This document shows, in pieces, positions 1 through 15,280 of a stretch of DNA of 64,000 nt. The first letter of the stretch is position 1, and every line of letters begins with the position of its first letter. Origin of the DNA: Eledone cirrhosa (Eukaryota); the NCBI GenBank assembly GCA_964016885.1, contig OZ024742.1, positions 370,326,001 to 370,390,000 of the forward strand, in the 5' to 3' direction. Below the pieces are notes generated by a model. It was not told the origin of the DNA, ran no database searches, and saw nothing but the letters and a program-made list of their open reading frames with translations. The position numbers were made by a program, and so were the translations under genes.

Positions 1-345
1 TATGTGGCCCTTTAGGGTAGTTTTGATACTAGCCCCTATTGCATGTGCGACCATTTTTCTTACCTGATCAGTGTTTTGGGGGGTCCGTATAGCTTTGGTC
101 CACCCAATCCACCTTCCTATGGGAGTCTTTTTAGCCATTGAGGTTATGGTGGGGGGTCTACCTCTTATAGGTCTACTAGGGCAGAAACATCTAAGGTCAT
201 GGCTGTCTAGGTAGTCAGTGTCGTAGGTCCAGTTCGTCTGTGTCGACGTCGCAGAACTCCACCTCACTCTCAATGATCATCTCCACACATCTTTTCACAG
301 CAAAATCAATGTTAATGGATGGGTACAGTGACACCACATCCATGG
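1..345 (-). mobile_element. Penelope-like element (PLE) reverse transcriptase fragment, decayed, runs off the window start
   Basis: Manual minus-strand translation gives SMDVVSLYPSINIDFAVKRCVEMIIESEVEFCDVDTDEL, then after a frameshift/deletion DYLDSHDLRCFCPSRPIRGRPPTITSMAKK...RKMVAHAIGASIKTTLKGHI. DVVSLYPSI matches the PLE/telomerase-type RT motif DxxSLYxxI. Not in the ORF track. Confidence 0.75.
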
Positions 346-359
346 ATGTGGTGTCGGAA

Positions 360-1614
360 GATCTTCCGACTCAGCTCAGGTAACTGACCTTGTGGGCTTA
401 TTTTTAATCAATTCGCTACATAGGAAAATACCTGGTACTACCGGAGGTTTATATAGGGATGACATGCTTTTACTTATTAATAATAATAACCCTGAACTAA
501 ATAGAAAATGTAAACAAATTACAAAATTTTTTAATTACTTTAACCTTAAAATAGAAATTGAGAACAAACAAAGAATAGTCAATTTCCTAGATATAACATT
601 AAATCTCAACACATGTCTCCACTATCCTTTTCACAAGTTGAATGAAAACTTAAACTATGTCAACTTTAACTCTAACCACCCCAGATCTGTCAAAAACACT
701 ATAGTAAACTCAGTCCAAAAACGTATCTCTAGGATCTCGTCGAATAGAAAGATTTTTGACGAAAAGGCCCAATACTATAATGATGCACTAGCTAGGGCAG
801 GGTATGCTGATAAGATTGTGTACATAGATAATGATAAACAAACTAAACAAAGTAACAACTTTTTTTAATTATGGCAACAACATTAACAACTATAATAGAA
901 AGCATTACAATAATTCCAAAGGACAAAAAAGAAATAGAACTAGGAACATAATTTGGTTTGCCCCCCCCTTTCTCACTAAACATTAAAACCCACATCGCTA
1001 AATTATTTTTCAAAGCTCTTGATAATCGCTTCCCTAGAACACATAGGTACCACTCAATCTTCAATAGGCATACAATTAAATTAACCTACTCATCCACCAA
1101 AAATTTAGCACAAAATATTAATAGAATAAATAATAGGAACTTAAAACCTACTGATAATAGCATAAATAATATACAAGTTAACAAATGTAACTGTAGAGAT
1201 AGATCTAAATGTCCGTTAAATAACAACTGCTTAGTTAAAAATATAGTATACAATTGTAATGTTAATACTGACTCTAATTCTTTTAACTACGTCGGTTCCA
1301 CATCGACGGAATTTAAACTTCGCTATAATAACCACAAGAATTCTTTCACAGATCCAAATAAAAAATCTTCAACGGCACTATCAGGTGTACTCTGGCAACT
1401 TAAGCTAGATAACGTTAGATATTCGACGGCTTGGAATATAGTCTCAAGAGGGATTCCTTTTAATTCATCCTCTGAGACATGTGACCTCTGCGCAGAGGAG
1501 ATATTCTTTATACTAAAATCTAAAAATTCCCTTAACCTACGGACAAATTTATTCAGTTGTTGCAAACATAGATTAAACTCAACGTTTAAATATAAATTTA
1601 AATTTAAAATGTAG
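360..1614 (+). mobile_element. Penelope-like retroelement, 5'-truncated and frame-disrupted: RT C-terminal half, thumb and GIY-YIG endonuclease
   Basis: In frame from 362: SSDSAQVTDLVGLF (RT motif B'), GGLYRDD (catalytic), VNFLDITL, YVNFNSNHP. Second ORF 958-1614 has a Cys-rich CNCRDRSKCPLNNNC linker, then NIVY..YVGST..FKLRYNNH..CDLCAEE (GIY-YIG). Stop at 866-868 and a frameshift separate the two ORFs. Confidence 0.9.
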
Positions 1615-2722
1615 TATATTTAGTTTGATTTATATTTATATGAGAACTAGCCGATAAATCTTTTGATTCCTAAATCTTTGATTCCCTCTTTTTACTCTTT
1701 TTATTGTTTATTTTATTTTATTTATTTTTATTTTTATTTTTTTTATTTTTATCTAAACATTCCTCATGAAAAATTAAGCTACCCTAAAAGCCGATGCTCC
1801 AAATTTTTTGAATTAACCTTACACTTGATAAACTTATATATTAAATATAGGAACATATGTAGACATTATTGGACATCATAATCTTCTTTGCGATATTCCT
1901 TGCTAGATGTGATTTGATAGATAATTTTTGGCTTTGTCTTGTAGTGAACTTGGCAATATATTGTCAATTAACTTTTGAAGGGTTGTTCTTTGTGGTTTAT
2001 TTTTATTTTCATTTTTATTTTTATTTTTATTTTTATTTTTATTTTTATTTTTATTCTTTTAGTATTGTAGTATTCTATAATATTTTTATTTTTTATTTTA
2101 TTTTATTTTATTTTTATTTTTAATATTTTTATATGTAAATTTTTATTTTTAATATTTTTATATGTAAAGTTTTAATACGTAATATTTTTAATACGTAGTA
2201 TTTTTAATATGCAATATTTTTATTATGTAATATTCTTTCGTAATATTCTTTTTTAGTTTTCTATTCTATATTTTTATATTTTTATATATTTTTACTTATT
2301 ATCATTATTATTGTTATCTCTGCTTATAATATAATATATATTTTCGATTAGTATATTGAAATCTGCTCTCTATTTCTGCTTGATAGATAATCTTGTAGAG
2401 TAATCGCAAGAATAATAATACGCTCAAATTTTTATACCACATTGAGAATGTTTTCCGGTAACTTTGAATTTGCGGAGTGAATCAGTTGGATTCACATAGA
2501 CATATGAATTTTTTAAAAAACTAAACATAAGATAATGAATTTTCACGCATTGTGAATACTTGTTTCATCCAGGAATACTGATATTTACAATATAGTGTAA
2601 GTTTTATAAATACTAATACATTAAAACATAGGGTTTTCTACGCCTCGAATATGTCTGGCTATTTTTAAATTTTTTCTCTCTATATATCTCTCTATATATC
2701 TCCCTTACATTAATACTTGAGC

Positions 2723-2757
<35 letters not shown>

Positions 2758-3230
2758 ATGCATCATTGATACACTTACTCAAAATGACCTCCCACTACCT
2801 AATTTTTCTATATCTATATTTATATATGTATCTATCTCTATTTCCTCTCTCTCTCTATATATATATATATATCTCTTTCTGTCTCTTTACATGAAGCTCT
2901 TCGCTTTATCTATTTTTCCATCTCTCTATTTTGTCCCATGCATTTCTTCTTTTTCTTTTTCTTCTTTTTCTTCCTTTTCTTCGTTTTGTCTTTCTTTCTT
3001 TCTTATTTCCCTCTTTTCTCTCTCTCTTTCTTTCTCTCTGTATTTTCACTGCTAGAGTAAACCTCTTCAAATGAAGTTGATGTTTATTACGGTATGTCGA
3101 ATATATTTATCTATAAAACTGTTTATATTGTATTTTGTCTGATAAAGGCATAGCATATTGTTAATATGATATCCCCGAAATATATATAATGAAATAAATA
3201 TGGTTTTATAAATATAGTTTTCCATTTATT
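1615..3230 (+). mobile_element. Probable PLE 3' untranslated/pseudo-LTR region with (TTTTTA)n, (TAAA)n and CT-rich tracts
   Basis: AT-rich region directly after the GIY-YIG ORF. It ends in a hammerhead-like motif and is followed by (TA)n. Confidence 0.5.
3131..3196 (+). ncRNA. Decayed minimal type I hammerhead ribozyme of the PLE type
   Basis: Stem I TATTTTGT (3131-3138) pairs with ATGAAATA (3189-3196), 8/8 including two G-U. Core CTGATAA at 3139-3145 (canonical CTGANGA). Stem II AGGCATAGCATATT-GTT-AATATGATATCCCC pairs 11/14. GAAA at 3177-3180, palindromic TATATA loop III, UH site TA at 3187-3188. Confidence 0.7.
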
Positions 3231-3235
3231 TAATA

Positions 3236-6926
<3,691 letters not shown>

Positions 6927-7540
6927 CATGGCGGCTGCCAACTCGTTTTCGAGTACGGCCACTACTTTATATCCATGTAGGAGAACCCCTACTGATGCGC
7001 TAAACGAGTGTGACTTTTCAGTCCAGCCAGCGACTTGAAAACTCGGGTACAAACACTACACTTGTGACAATTATTGACACATAGTGCTGGGCCCATGGTA
7101 CCATGTCACGACAAGTGCAGAGAGATCTCCAGATATAAAGCAATGCCTGTGCCGTGAAGCTTTTATAGTGAGCAAAGGCACTGCACAAAGCCAGTCCCAC
7201 TCTCTTAACCAAGATGATATTTACCAAAAAGAAGAACAAGTCAACATCATTGGATACCATCAGAGTTGCAGGTGTTATATCAGAGTTTTCCTTCTCCTAG
7301 AATTCTGCCTCGACAAAGGCTAAGGGGTCATCTCTCCCGGTGATTTTGGATGGCCATTGACTCTTAAGAGCTCCTTTGCCCTTTGACAGGTTTTGTTTTT
7401 AGTCCTGCAGGATGTCCAAAGTCACCCTCCTCACCAAGCAACCTTGGTGGGGTTGCCAGTTTAGTCGCCAACGACCCGACCATGAGACAGGTTGTACTGG
7501 GATACATGTTACCAGTAGCACCAACTGGTGACCTGACATA
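6927..7540 (-). mobile_element. ~610-bp GC-richer insert within the TA tract, probably a non-LTR retroelement 5'UTR or non-autonomous element
   Basis: Sharp boundaries with TA/CATA on both sides and no credible ORF. Minus strand contains several hairpins and CTAGGAGAAGGAAAACTCTG, recalled from RTE-type 5'UTRs. Family assignment is tentative. Confidence 0.5.
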
Positions 7541-7853
7541 ATATATATACATACATATATATATACATACATATATATATACATACATATATATATACAT
7601 ACATATATATATACATACATATATATATACATACATATATATATATATACATACATATATACATACATATATATATACATACATATATATATATATACAT
7701 ACATATATATATATATACATACATATATATATATACATACATATATATATATATACATACATATATATATATACATACATATATATATACATACATATAT
7801 ATATATACATACATATATATATATACATACATATACATACATATATATATATT

Positions 7854-7932
<79 letters not shown>

Positions 7933-7933
7933 T

Positions 7934-7966
<33 letters not shown>

Positions 7967-8143
7967 ATATTTATATATATATTTATATATATATATATAT
8001 ATATACATATATATTTATATATATATATATATATATACATATATATTTATATATATATATATATACATATATATTTATATATATATATATATATATACAT
8101 ATATATTTATATATATATATATATATATACATATATATTTATA

Positions 8144-8174
<31 letters not shown>

Positions 8175-8677
8175 TTATATATACATATATATACATATAT
8201 ATATATTTATATATACATATATATACATATATATATATTTATATATATACATATATATATATTTATATATACATATATATACATATATATATATTTATAT
8301 ATATACATATATATATATTTATATATACATATATATATATTTATATATATTTATATATACATATATATATATTTATATATATACATATATATATATTTAT
8401 ATATACATATATATATATTTATATATATTTATATATACATATATATATATTTATATATACATATATATATATTTATATATATTTATATATACATATATAT
8501 ATATTTATATATATTTATATATACATATATATATATTTATATATACATATATATATATTTATATATATTTATATATACATATATATATATTTATATATAT
8601 TTATATATACATATATATATATTTATATATACATATATATATATTTATATATATTTATATATACATATATATATATT

Positions 8678-8709
<32 letters not shown>

Positions 8710-8743
8710 TTTATATATATTTATATATACATATATATACATT

Positions 8744-8830
<87 letters not shown>

Positions 8831-8867
8831 TTATATATATATATATATATATATACATATATATATT

Positions 8868-8922
<55 letters not shown>

Positions 8923-8927
8923 TTATA

Positions 8928-8958
<31 letters not shown>

Positions 8959-9019
8959 TTATATATACATATATATATACATATATATATATTTATATAT
9001 ACATATATATATATTTATA

Positions 9020-9053
<34 letters not shown>

Positions 9054-9079
9054 CATATATATATTTTATATATATATAT

Positions 9080-9148
<69 letters not shown>

Positions 9149-9229
9149 TATATATTTATATATATATATACATATATATATACATATACATATATATATA
9201 CATATACATATACATATACATATATATAC

Positions 9230-9301
<72 letters not shown>

Positions 9302-9339
9302 ATATATACATATATATATATACATATACATATATATAC

Positions 9340-9373
<34 letters not shown>

Positions 9374-9545
9374 ATATATACATATACATATATATATATA
9401 CATATACATATATATACATATACATATATATACATATACATATATATATACATATATATATAATATATATATTATATATACATATATATATAATATATAT
9501 ATATATATTATATATATATATAATATATATAAATATATATATTTA
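7541..9545. repeat. Compound (TA)n microsatellite
   Basis: Direct reading. Confidence 0.98.
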
Positions 9546-9703
9546 TTAAAATAACAGGTTAAAGTTTAAGCAAAGAATCGCTGCTTTTGCTCTACGGTTC
9601 TTATATATTTGATATATATTTCCTTATATACATACATATATATATATATACATATATATATATACAATCTTTGGATTTTATTCTTCAATTTTATTATTAT
9701 TAC

Positions 9704-9737
<34 letters not shown>

Positions 9738-10024
9738 TTTGTGTGCGTGCAAAAGAGATAAAATGAGAGGAAGAACGAGAAGTGTGTATTATGTAGGTGA
9801 GAAAGGTAAACAGCCTTGTTTTATAAGAGGTGAATATAACGGTGACATAAATGACATCTAATATACATGGAACATATCTTGGGTGTGGCTGTTGGTGGAA
9901 ATGTCGCCGATAAACGGAAAATCTGATTAATTCAGCAGTATTCTGTATGGCTTTGACTATCAATGTATGGTTTGTATATTCCTGTTCGTGTGGCATTGAC
10001 ACTATCAATATATGGTCTCTATAT

Positions 10025-10028
<4 letters not shown>

Positions 10029-10094
<66 letters not shown>
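10029..10094. repeat. (GT)n microsatellite
   Basis: Direct reading. Confidence 0.95.
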
Positions 10095-10096
<2 letters not shown>

Positions 10097-10714
10097 CATT
10101 GACTATCAATATATGGGTCTGTATATACATGTGTGTGTGTGTATACATTTATATATATATATATACACACACACATACACACGCGCGTAGACAAATACGT
10201 TGGGCTGTGTAGCTTTGTAAAGGTGCTTAGATGTGCATGTGTGTGTGTATATGTAAAGATATGCATGTGTGTGTACATACGTACGTTGTTGGGATGTATG
10301 ACATGTGGACAAAGTTTATAGTAGCCAGTAAATGTTCACTATTATACCGGTGTCTGAGACAGGTGTAATAGTGAAGGTCTCGGGTAGAGAAACCACACAA
10401 CTTGGGGTCATTTGGAATGCTACATTCGTCCAAAACATCAAAAATCAAAGGAATCGCCAGCAATTTGTGTTGTCTGAGCATCTGGGATGTTTATGTATAT
10501 ATTTGAAACATATGTTATTCTACTGTAAATTTATTTATATGCTCTGTATAATTATATATATATATAGCAAAAAAACGGAATTTCAACTTCAAAGTTCTAA
10601 TCAAACTTACCCTTAAAGCTAATATATATATATATATATATATACAGTTGATAGAACACAGAGAGAGTTGATATCACACGATATAATAGTATATAGTTGA
10701 TATCACACGATATA

Positions 10715-10912
10715 TAATAATAATAATGAAATTATTGTGTAAAGTGCTCAGGTGCACTACAACTCGTCAAAGGTGTATGTATAGTACATAGAATAATACA
10801 CAAATGTCAGGGAAGTACATGTGTGTATGTGTTAGCTGTAGTGTTGGCGGATCTCGGGAAGCATGGAGGCCTTAAAGGATGCAGTGTCTCGACAGCTAAC
10901 AACTGATGCAGG
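10715..10912 (-). mobile_element. 3'-terminal fragment of a CR1/L2-like LINE with an (ATT)n tail
   Basis: Minus strand reads PASVVSCRDTASFKASMLPEIRQH, like the WNxLPxxVV..FK end of CR1-group ORF2. Short UTR and (TTA)n tail follow. Both flanks carry GTATATAGTTGATATCACACGATATA. Confidence 0.65.
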
Positions 10913-11168
10913 TATATAGTTGATATCACACGATATAATAGTATATAGTTGATATCACACGATATAACAGTATATAGTTGATATTACACGAAAATACATA
11001 GGAAAACATTTTCCCCACTGAAATCGAAGGGAGGTGTTTTTCTATAATAATACCATATGATGAAAAATGACCGTTTAATATTGTACATATGTTAGTGTAG
11101 ACATGTTCAACTACTATGCTACATATTGAGGTGGGACAGAAAATACGAAGACAGAGTGTCTGAAACAG

Positions 11169-11670
11169 CACCGGCCATGTGGAGAGGCTTTTATGTGGTA
11201 AAATACACCACCGGTTCATGTGGGGAGGCTTTTATGTGGTAAAATACACCACGGGCCATGTGGGGAGGCTTTTATGTGGTAAAATACACCACCAGTTCAT
11301 GTAGGGAGGTTTTATGTGGTAAAATACACCACCGGTTCATGTAGGGAGGCTTCTATGTGGTAAAATACACCACCGGTTCATGTAGGGAGGCTTCTATGTG
11401 GTAAAATACACCACCGGTTCATGTAGGGAGGCTTCTATGTGGTAAAAATACACCACCGGTTCATGTAGGGAGGCTTCTATATGGTAAAATACACCACCGG
11501 TTCATGTAGGGAGGTTTCTATGTGGTAAAATACACCACCGGTTCATGTAGGGAGGCTTCTATGCGGTAAAAATACACCACCGGTTCATGTAGGGAGGCTT
11601 CTATGTGGTAAAAATACACCACCGGTTCATGTAGGGAGGCTTCTATGTGGTAAAATACACCACCGGTTCA
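11169..11670. repeat. 41-bp minisatellite, ~12 copies (CACCGGTTCATGTAGGGAGGCTTCTATGTGGTAAAATACAC)
   Basis: Period 41 (e.g. 11371 and 11412). The first copies are more diverged. Confidence 0.95.
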
Positions 11671-11693
11671 TGAACCGGTGGTGTTTTTTGTCA

Positions 11694-12388
11694 GTATAGC
11701 TATAACATATTGTGTAGTTTTATATACAAGGTAAGTGGTGTGTAGATATCTAGGTATAGCTATAACATATTGTGTAGTTTTATATACAAGGTAAGTGGTG
11801 TGTAGATATCTAGGTATAGCTATAACATATTGTGTAGTTTTATATACAAGGTAAGTGGTGTGTAGATATCTAGGTATTGCTATAACATATTGTGTAGTTT
11901 TATATACAAGGTAAGTGGTGTGTAGATATCTAGGTATAGCTATAACATATTGTGTAGTTTTATATACAAGGTAAGCGGTGTGTAGATATCTAGGTATAGC
12001 TATAACATGGTGTAGTTTTATATACAAGGTAAGTGGTGTGTAGATATCTAGGGTATAGCTATAATATATTGTGTAGTTTTATATACAAGGTAAGTGGTGT
12101 GTAGATATCTAGGTATAGTTCTAACATATTGTGTAGTTTTATATACAAGATAAGTGGTGTGTAGATATCTAGGTATAGCTATAACATATTGTGGTTTTAT
12201 ATACAAGGTAAGTGGTGTGTAAGTGATATCTAGGTATAGCTATAACATATGTGGTTTTATATACAAGGTAAGTGGTGTGTAGGTGATGTCTAGGTATAGC
12301 TATAACATATTGTGGTTTTATATACAAGGTAAGTGGTGTGTAGGTGATGTCTAGGTATAGCTGTAACATATTGTGTGGATTTATACAT
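11694..12388. repeat. 60-bp minisatellite, ~11 copies (GTATAGCTATAACATATTGTGTAGTTTTATATACAAGGTAAGTGGTGTGTAGATATCTAG)
   Basis: Successive 60-nt lines 11701-12000 are near identical; the array degenerates towards its right end. Confidence 0.95.
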
Positions 12389-12532
12389 GAAGTAAGAAGA
12401 GACGCGTGACAAATTGGATATATTACATTATACACGAGAGTGAGCTGTAATGTTCTTAGGGTGACAAGGAAGAAGTGATGCTAGAGCTGAGAAATCTTGC
12501 TTGTGTGTGTATGTCTACACACACACACACAC

Positions 12533-12702
12533 ACGAGGGTCAGCTGAAATGGTTTTAGGCTGTCTATGAAGGTGTGATGCTAGAGCTATGAAATCTTATA
12601 AGCATTAATTTCAACTCTTAATAGCTGTAATGAAAAATATACATTTGGTCATTCCAGTAGAGTATCTTGATCAGCCTATCAACTTTCCAGCCGACCCTCA
12701 TA
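12533..12702. mobile_element. Tc1/mariner-type MITE (internally deleted), preceded by a decayed partial copy at ~12432-12500
   Basis: Imperfect TIRs: ACGAGGGTCAGCTGAAATGGTTTTAGGCTG ... CAGCCTATCAACTTTCCAGCCGACCCTCA(TA). The TA-yGAGGG terminus is typical of mariner elements. Confidence 0.7.
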
Positions 12703-13513
12703 TGTAAGAAAAGTATTTTTCTGTAGGTAACTAAGAACCAAGTTTTGGCAACTAAAGACAGTTCAATTCTAATTAATTTAATTGAAAATAAATAGACAAA
12801 ATTTAAAAAAAACTTTTTTCATATGAAAAAAAAAAAACATTTAAAAACAATAGGTTATATCAAAGTTCATATTTCTACCGGCATTACTGGACATTTGGCT
12901 AGAGTGATGGTCACATGTTAATTAGTTGTAGGTAATAAAGGACTGGTTTTAATTAAGCCGACTTTTCTGTTAGGTGAGTAATTATTGATACATATATATT
13001 AGAAAGTGAGGTTTTTTTACAAAATGAAAAATAACCGAGGTGTCCTACACGAGTGAAAGTATAAAGAAAAAAAGATTAAACCGAAAATGCAACTGGAGTC
13101 GTTTTTTATAAAAATATATTTATTTCGTTCCTTTACCAGTTTCGCAGTTCTTCTGCTTTTCAAAAGTAGAGTTGAGATGGAGGGTTTGTGGTTTTTCTCA
13201 CATCATATATATATATATAAGGTATACGAGTTTGAAACTCAAAATAGTCTCTTACGATTAAATAGCTCAAAGAAAGAGATTTTTCCGAGCCGTGTAATAA
13301 AATTGAATATAAAAAAGGGATAAACACAGATATAAACATACATGTGTTCAAATCGTAAGGGACCAGGTTCGCTAAGGTGAAAAAATACTAACTATAACAA
13401 TATGGTTTGCCAGACTCAATTTAATATACATATATGCAGGAAATTCGTAGATGGAAGATCAAGGAAAACAATGCTCAATCTATTGCAAGAGCTTATTTAG
13501 TAAAATAAATAAC

Positions 13514-13700
13514 GTTTCATACACTTAATATGTATGTGCTACCATTGCTTTCGTTGTCCAGTTATGACCATCACTGTATAATAGATTTGTCCGCGTGCCC
13601 GATGGGGGATCAGTTTGGAAGTGTCCCCTCCAATACACAGTGATGGCCATAACTTGACTCCGAAACCAATGGTCACACATACACGTTAAGTATATGAAAC
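13514..13700. mobile_element. Fold-back/MITE-like element with ~70-bp imperfect inverted repeats
   Basis: GTTTCATACACTTAATATGTATGTGCTACCATTGCTTTCG...CCATCACTGTATA aligns with the reverse complement of ...TACACAGTGATGGCCATAACTTGACTCCGAAACCAATGGTCACACATACACGTTAAGTATATGAAAC. Confidence 0.7.
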
Positions 13701-14714
13701 ATGAGACATCAACTCTTTAGTTCCCATATTTCACATGAAAAATACCAGCAAAGATTTTCATATTTTGAAAATAATCAAGAATTTGGAGGGATTATTTAAT
13801 GGTATTTGGAAAATAAAGGTTCTTGGTAAAATTATGATGGGAGGTTTTGATAAATATACACACTTTCAAATAAACAATTTTGTATTGTAGAAAGCTATGG
13901 TGGTTTAGAATCAAAAGGGTAAATATAGTTTTACCTGTTAGATTCTAGGGGTCCATGTAATTATTTTGGCCATAATATTTCAATAGAACCATTTTAGATA
14001 AGGAACTACACTGGAAATACTTGGAACCTATCAACAAAAGAGACTCCTCTGTGTGGTAGTTCACCCTGTTAGAAATAGCAGCCCGGTTTTCCCTTAAAAC
14101 CCATTCTAAGAGAGCCCCCCCACACACACACACACACCCTATTATTTGGATTATTGTATGTAGATCAGACATGTAAAAAAAAAAGGCGAGATTGTCATGT
14201 CTGGGACGCTTTTGAATATAAACATGCTCAATTAAACAAGCAAATAGTTTTAAACAAGGGTTAAACAAGCAAATAGTTTTCAATTATTAGGCTATGTAAA
14301 ATTAAAACAAAGACCTCAGACTTCCAGACTCCCCCAAAAATGAAGGATTGAAGATTTCAGTTGAGGATAATAGTTAGCAGCGAATCGAAGTCAGCATGAA
14401 TTGTTCTTGTTAAACATGTAAACAACATGTATTTAACCGGTTAACTTTACATGAATATACTTTGGTGTTTAACCCCAGGCCAAGCAATGATCAAGCAGGT
14501 ATTCCAGTCGTGACCATTCCATCTGTTTTAGGGGAATATATAGGGCTCGCATTATCTAATGTGTCCATCCCTTTTTCCCCAATTAATGACGATAAGGTGT
14601 GATTTGTGAAAAAGATGACATTTCGCTGCTATTTTTAGCAAGATAACTTGATCGTGCAGACCTGATTAACGACATTCCAGTTGTGACCATCCCAACTTTT
14701 TTTAATGTATGTAT

Positions 14715-15110
14715 TATACTTTCTACCACAGACAGGGTTATATTTGAAGGAGAAGGGATTGTATCGACTCAGTATTTGACTGGTACGTGGTTTTATCGAT
14801 CAGGGAAGTATGACTAACAAAATCAAACATCTGCTATGTTTGAACTTAGGTAAAATATATTTAAGTCAACACAAGAGAGTCCATTAGTTGACCACGTCAA
14901 CGCCTTTATAATAATTATAATAACCGTGTTAAACATTGGCACAAGCTCCAGAAATATAAGAGACTATAGTGTAGTCCATTATATTGACTCCAATACTTCG
15001 TCAGTACCTTATTTTAGCGACACAATCCCACCATACCATCCCCACTCAAGAAACTCCGAAAGGTTAAGTTTATCTCGAGCGATTTGAATTCAAAACGAAA
15101 ATAAAGCGCC
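14715..15110 (-). mobile_element. Two decayed SINE-like fragments
   Basis: Both share motifs (ATCGAC/ATTGAC-TCxAxTA...GTAC..TTTTATCGA...TTTGAACT/ATTC) with 21160-21260 and, in the opposite orientation, with 24870-24960. Confidence 0.45.
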
Positions 15111-15280
15111 AGCAAAGGTACTTTTGTCCCTGTCCTACAACTCTTCCATGATTTAGTGTACTGGCTACAAAGGTCCAATGGAACAATGCAAGGCCGCATT
15201 CTTCGCCCACTTAATTTCAAAAAAATGCAAGGCCGAAATACAAACACATTGGAACATTTACGTTTTAAAAAAAAATGTTT

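Noticed and set aside
7420-7540. Twister or HDV ribozyme call based on GAGGAGGG and CTAA motifs (minus strand)
   Set aside because: Could not place the twister UAA/pseudoknots or an HDV P1 helix, so it is kept only as an untyped structured candidate.
10227-10616. Short ORFs as possible FAM174 exon 2
   Set aside because: No basic RKY or acidic motif and no recognisable homology.
11668-12435. ORFs with a 20-aa repeat (YVIAIPRYLHTTYLVYKTTQ)
   Set aside because: Product of the 60-bp minisatellite; the frame is broken by indels.
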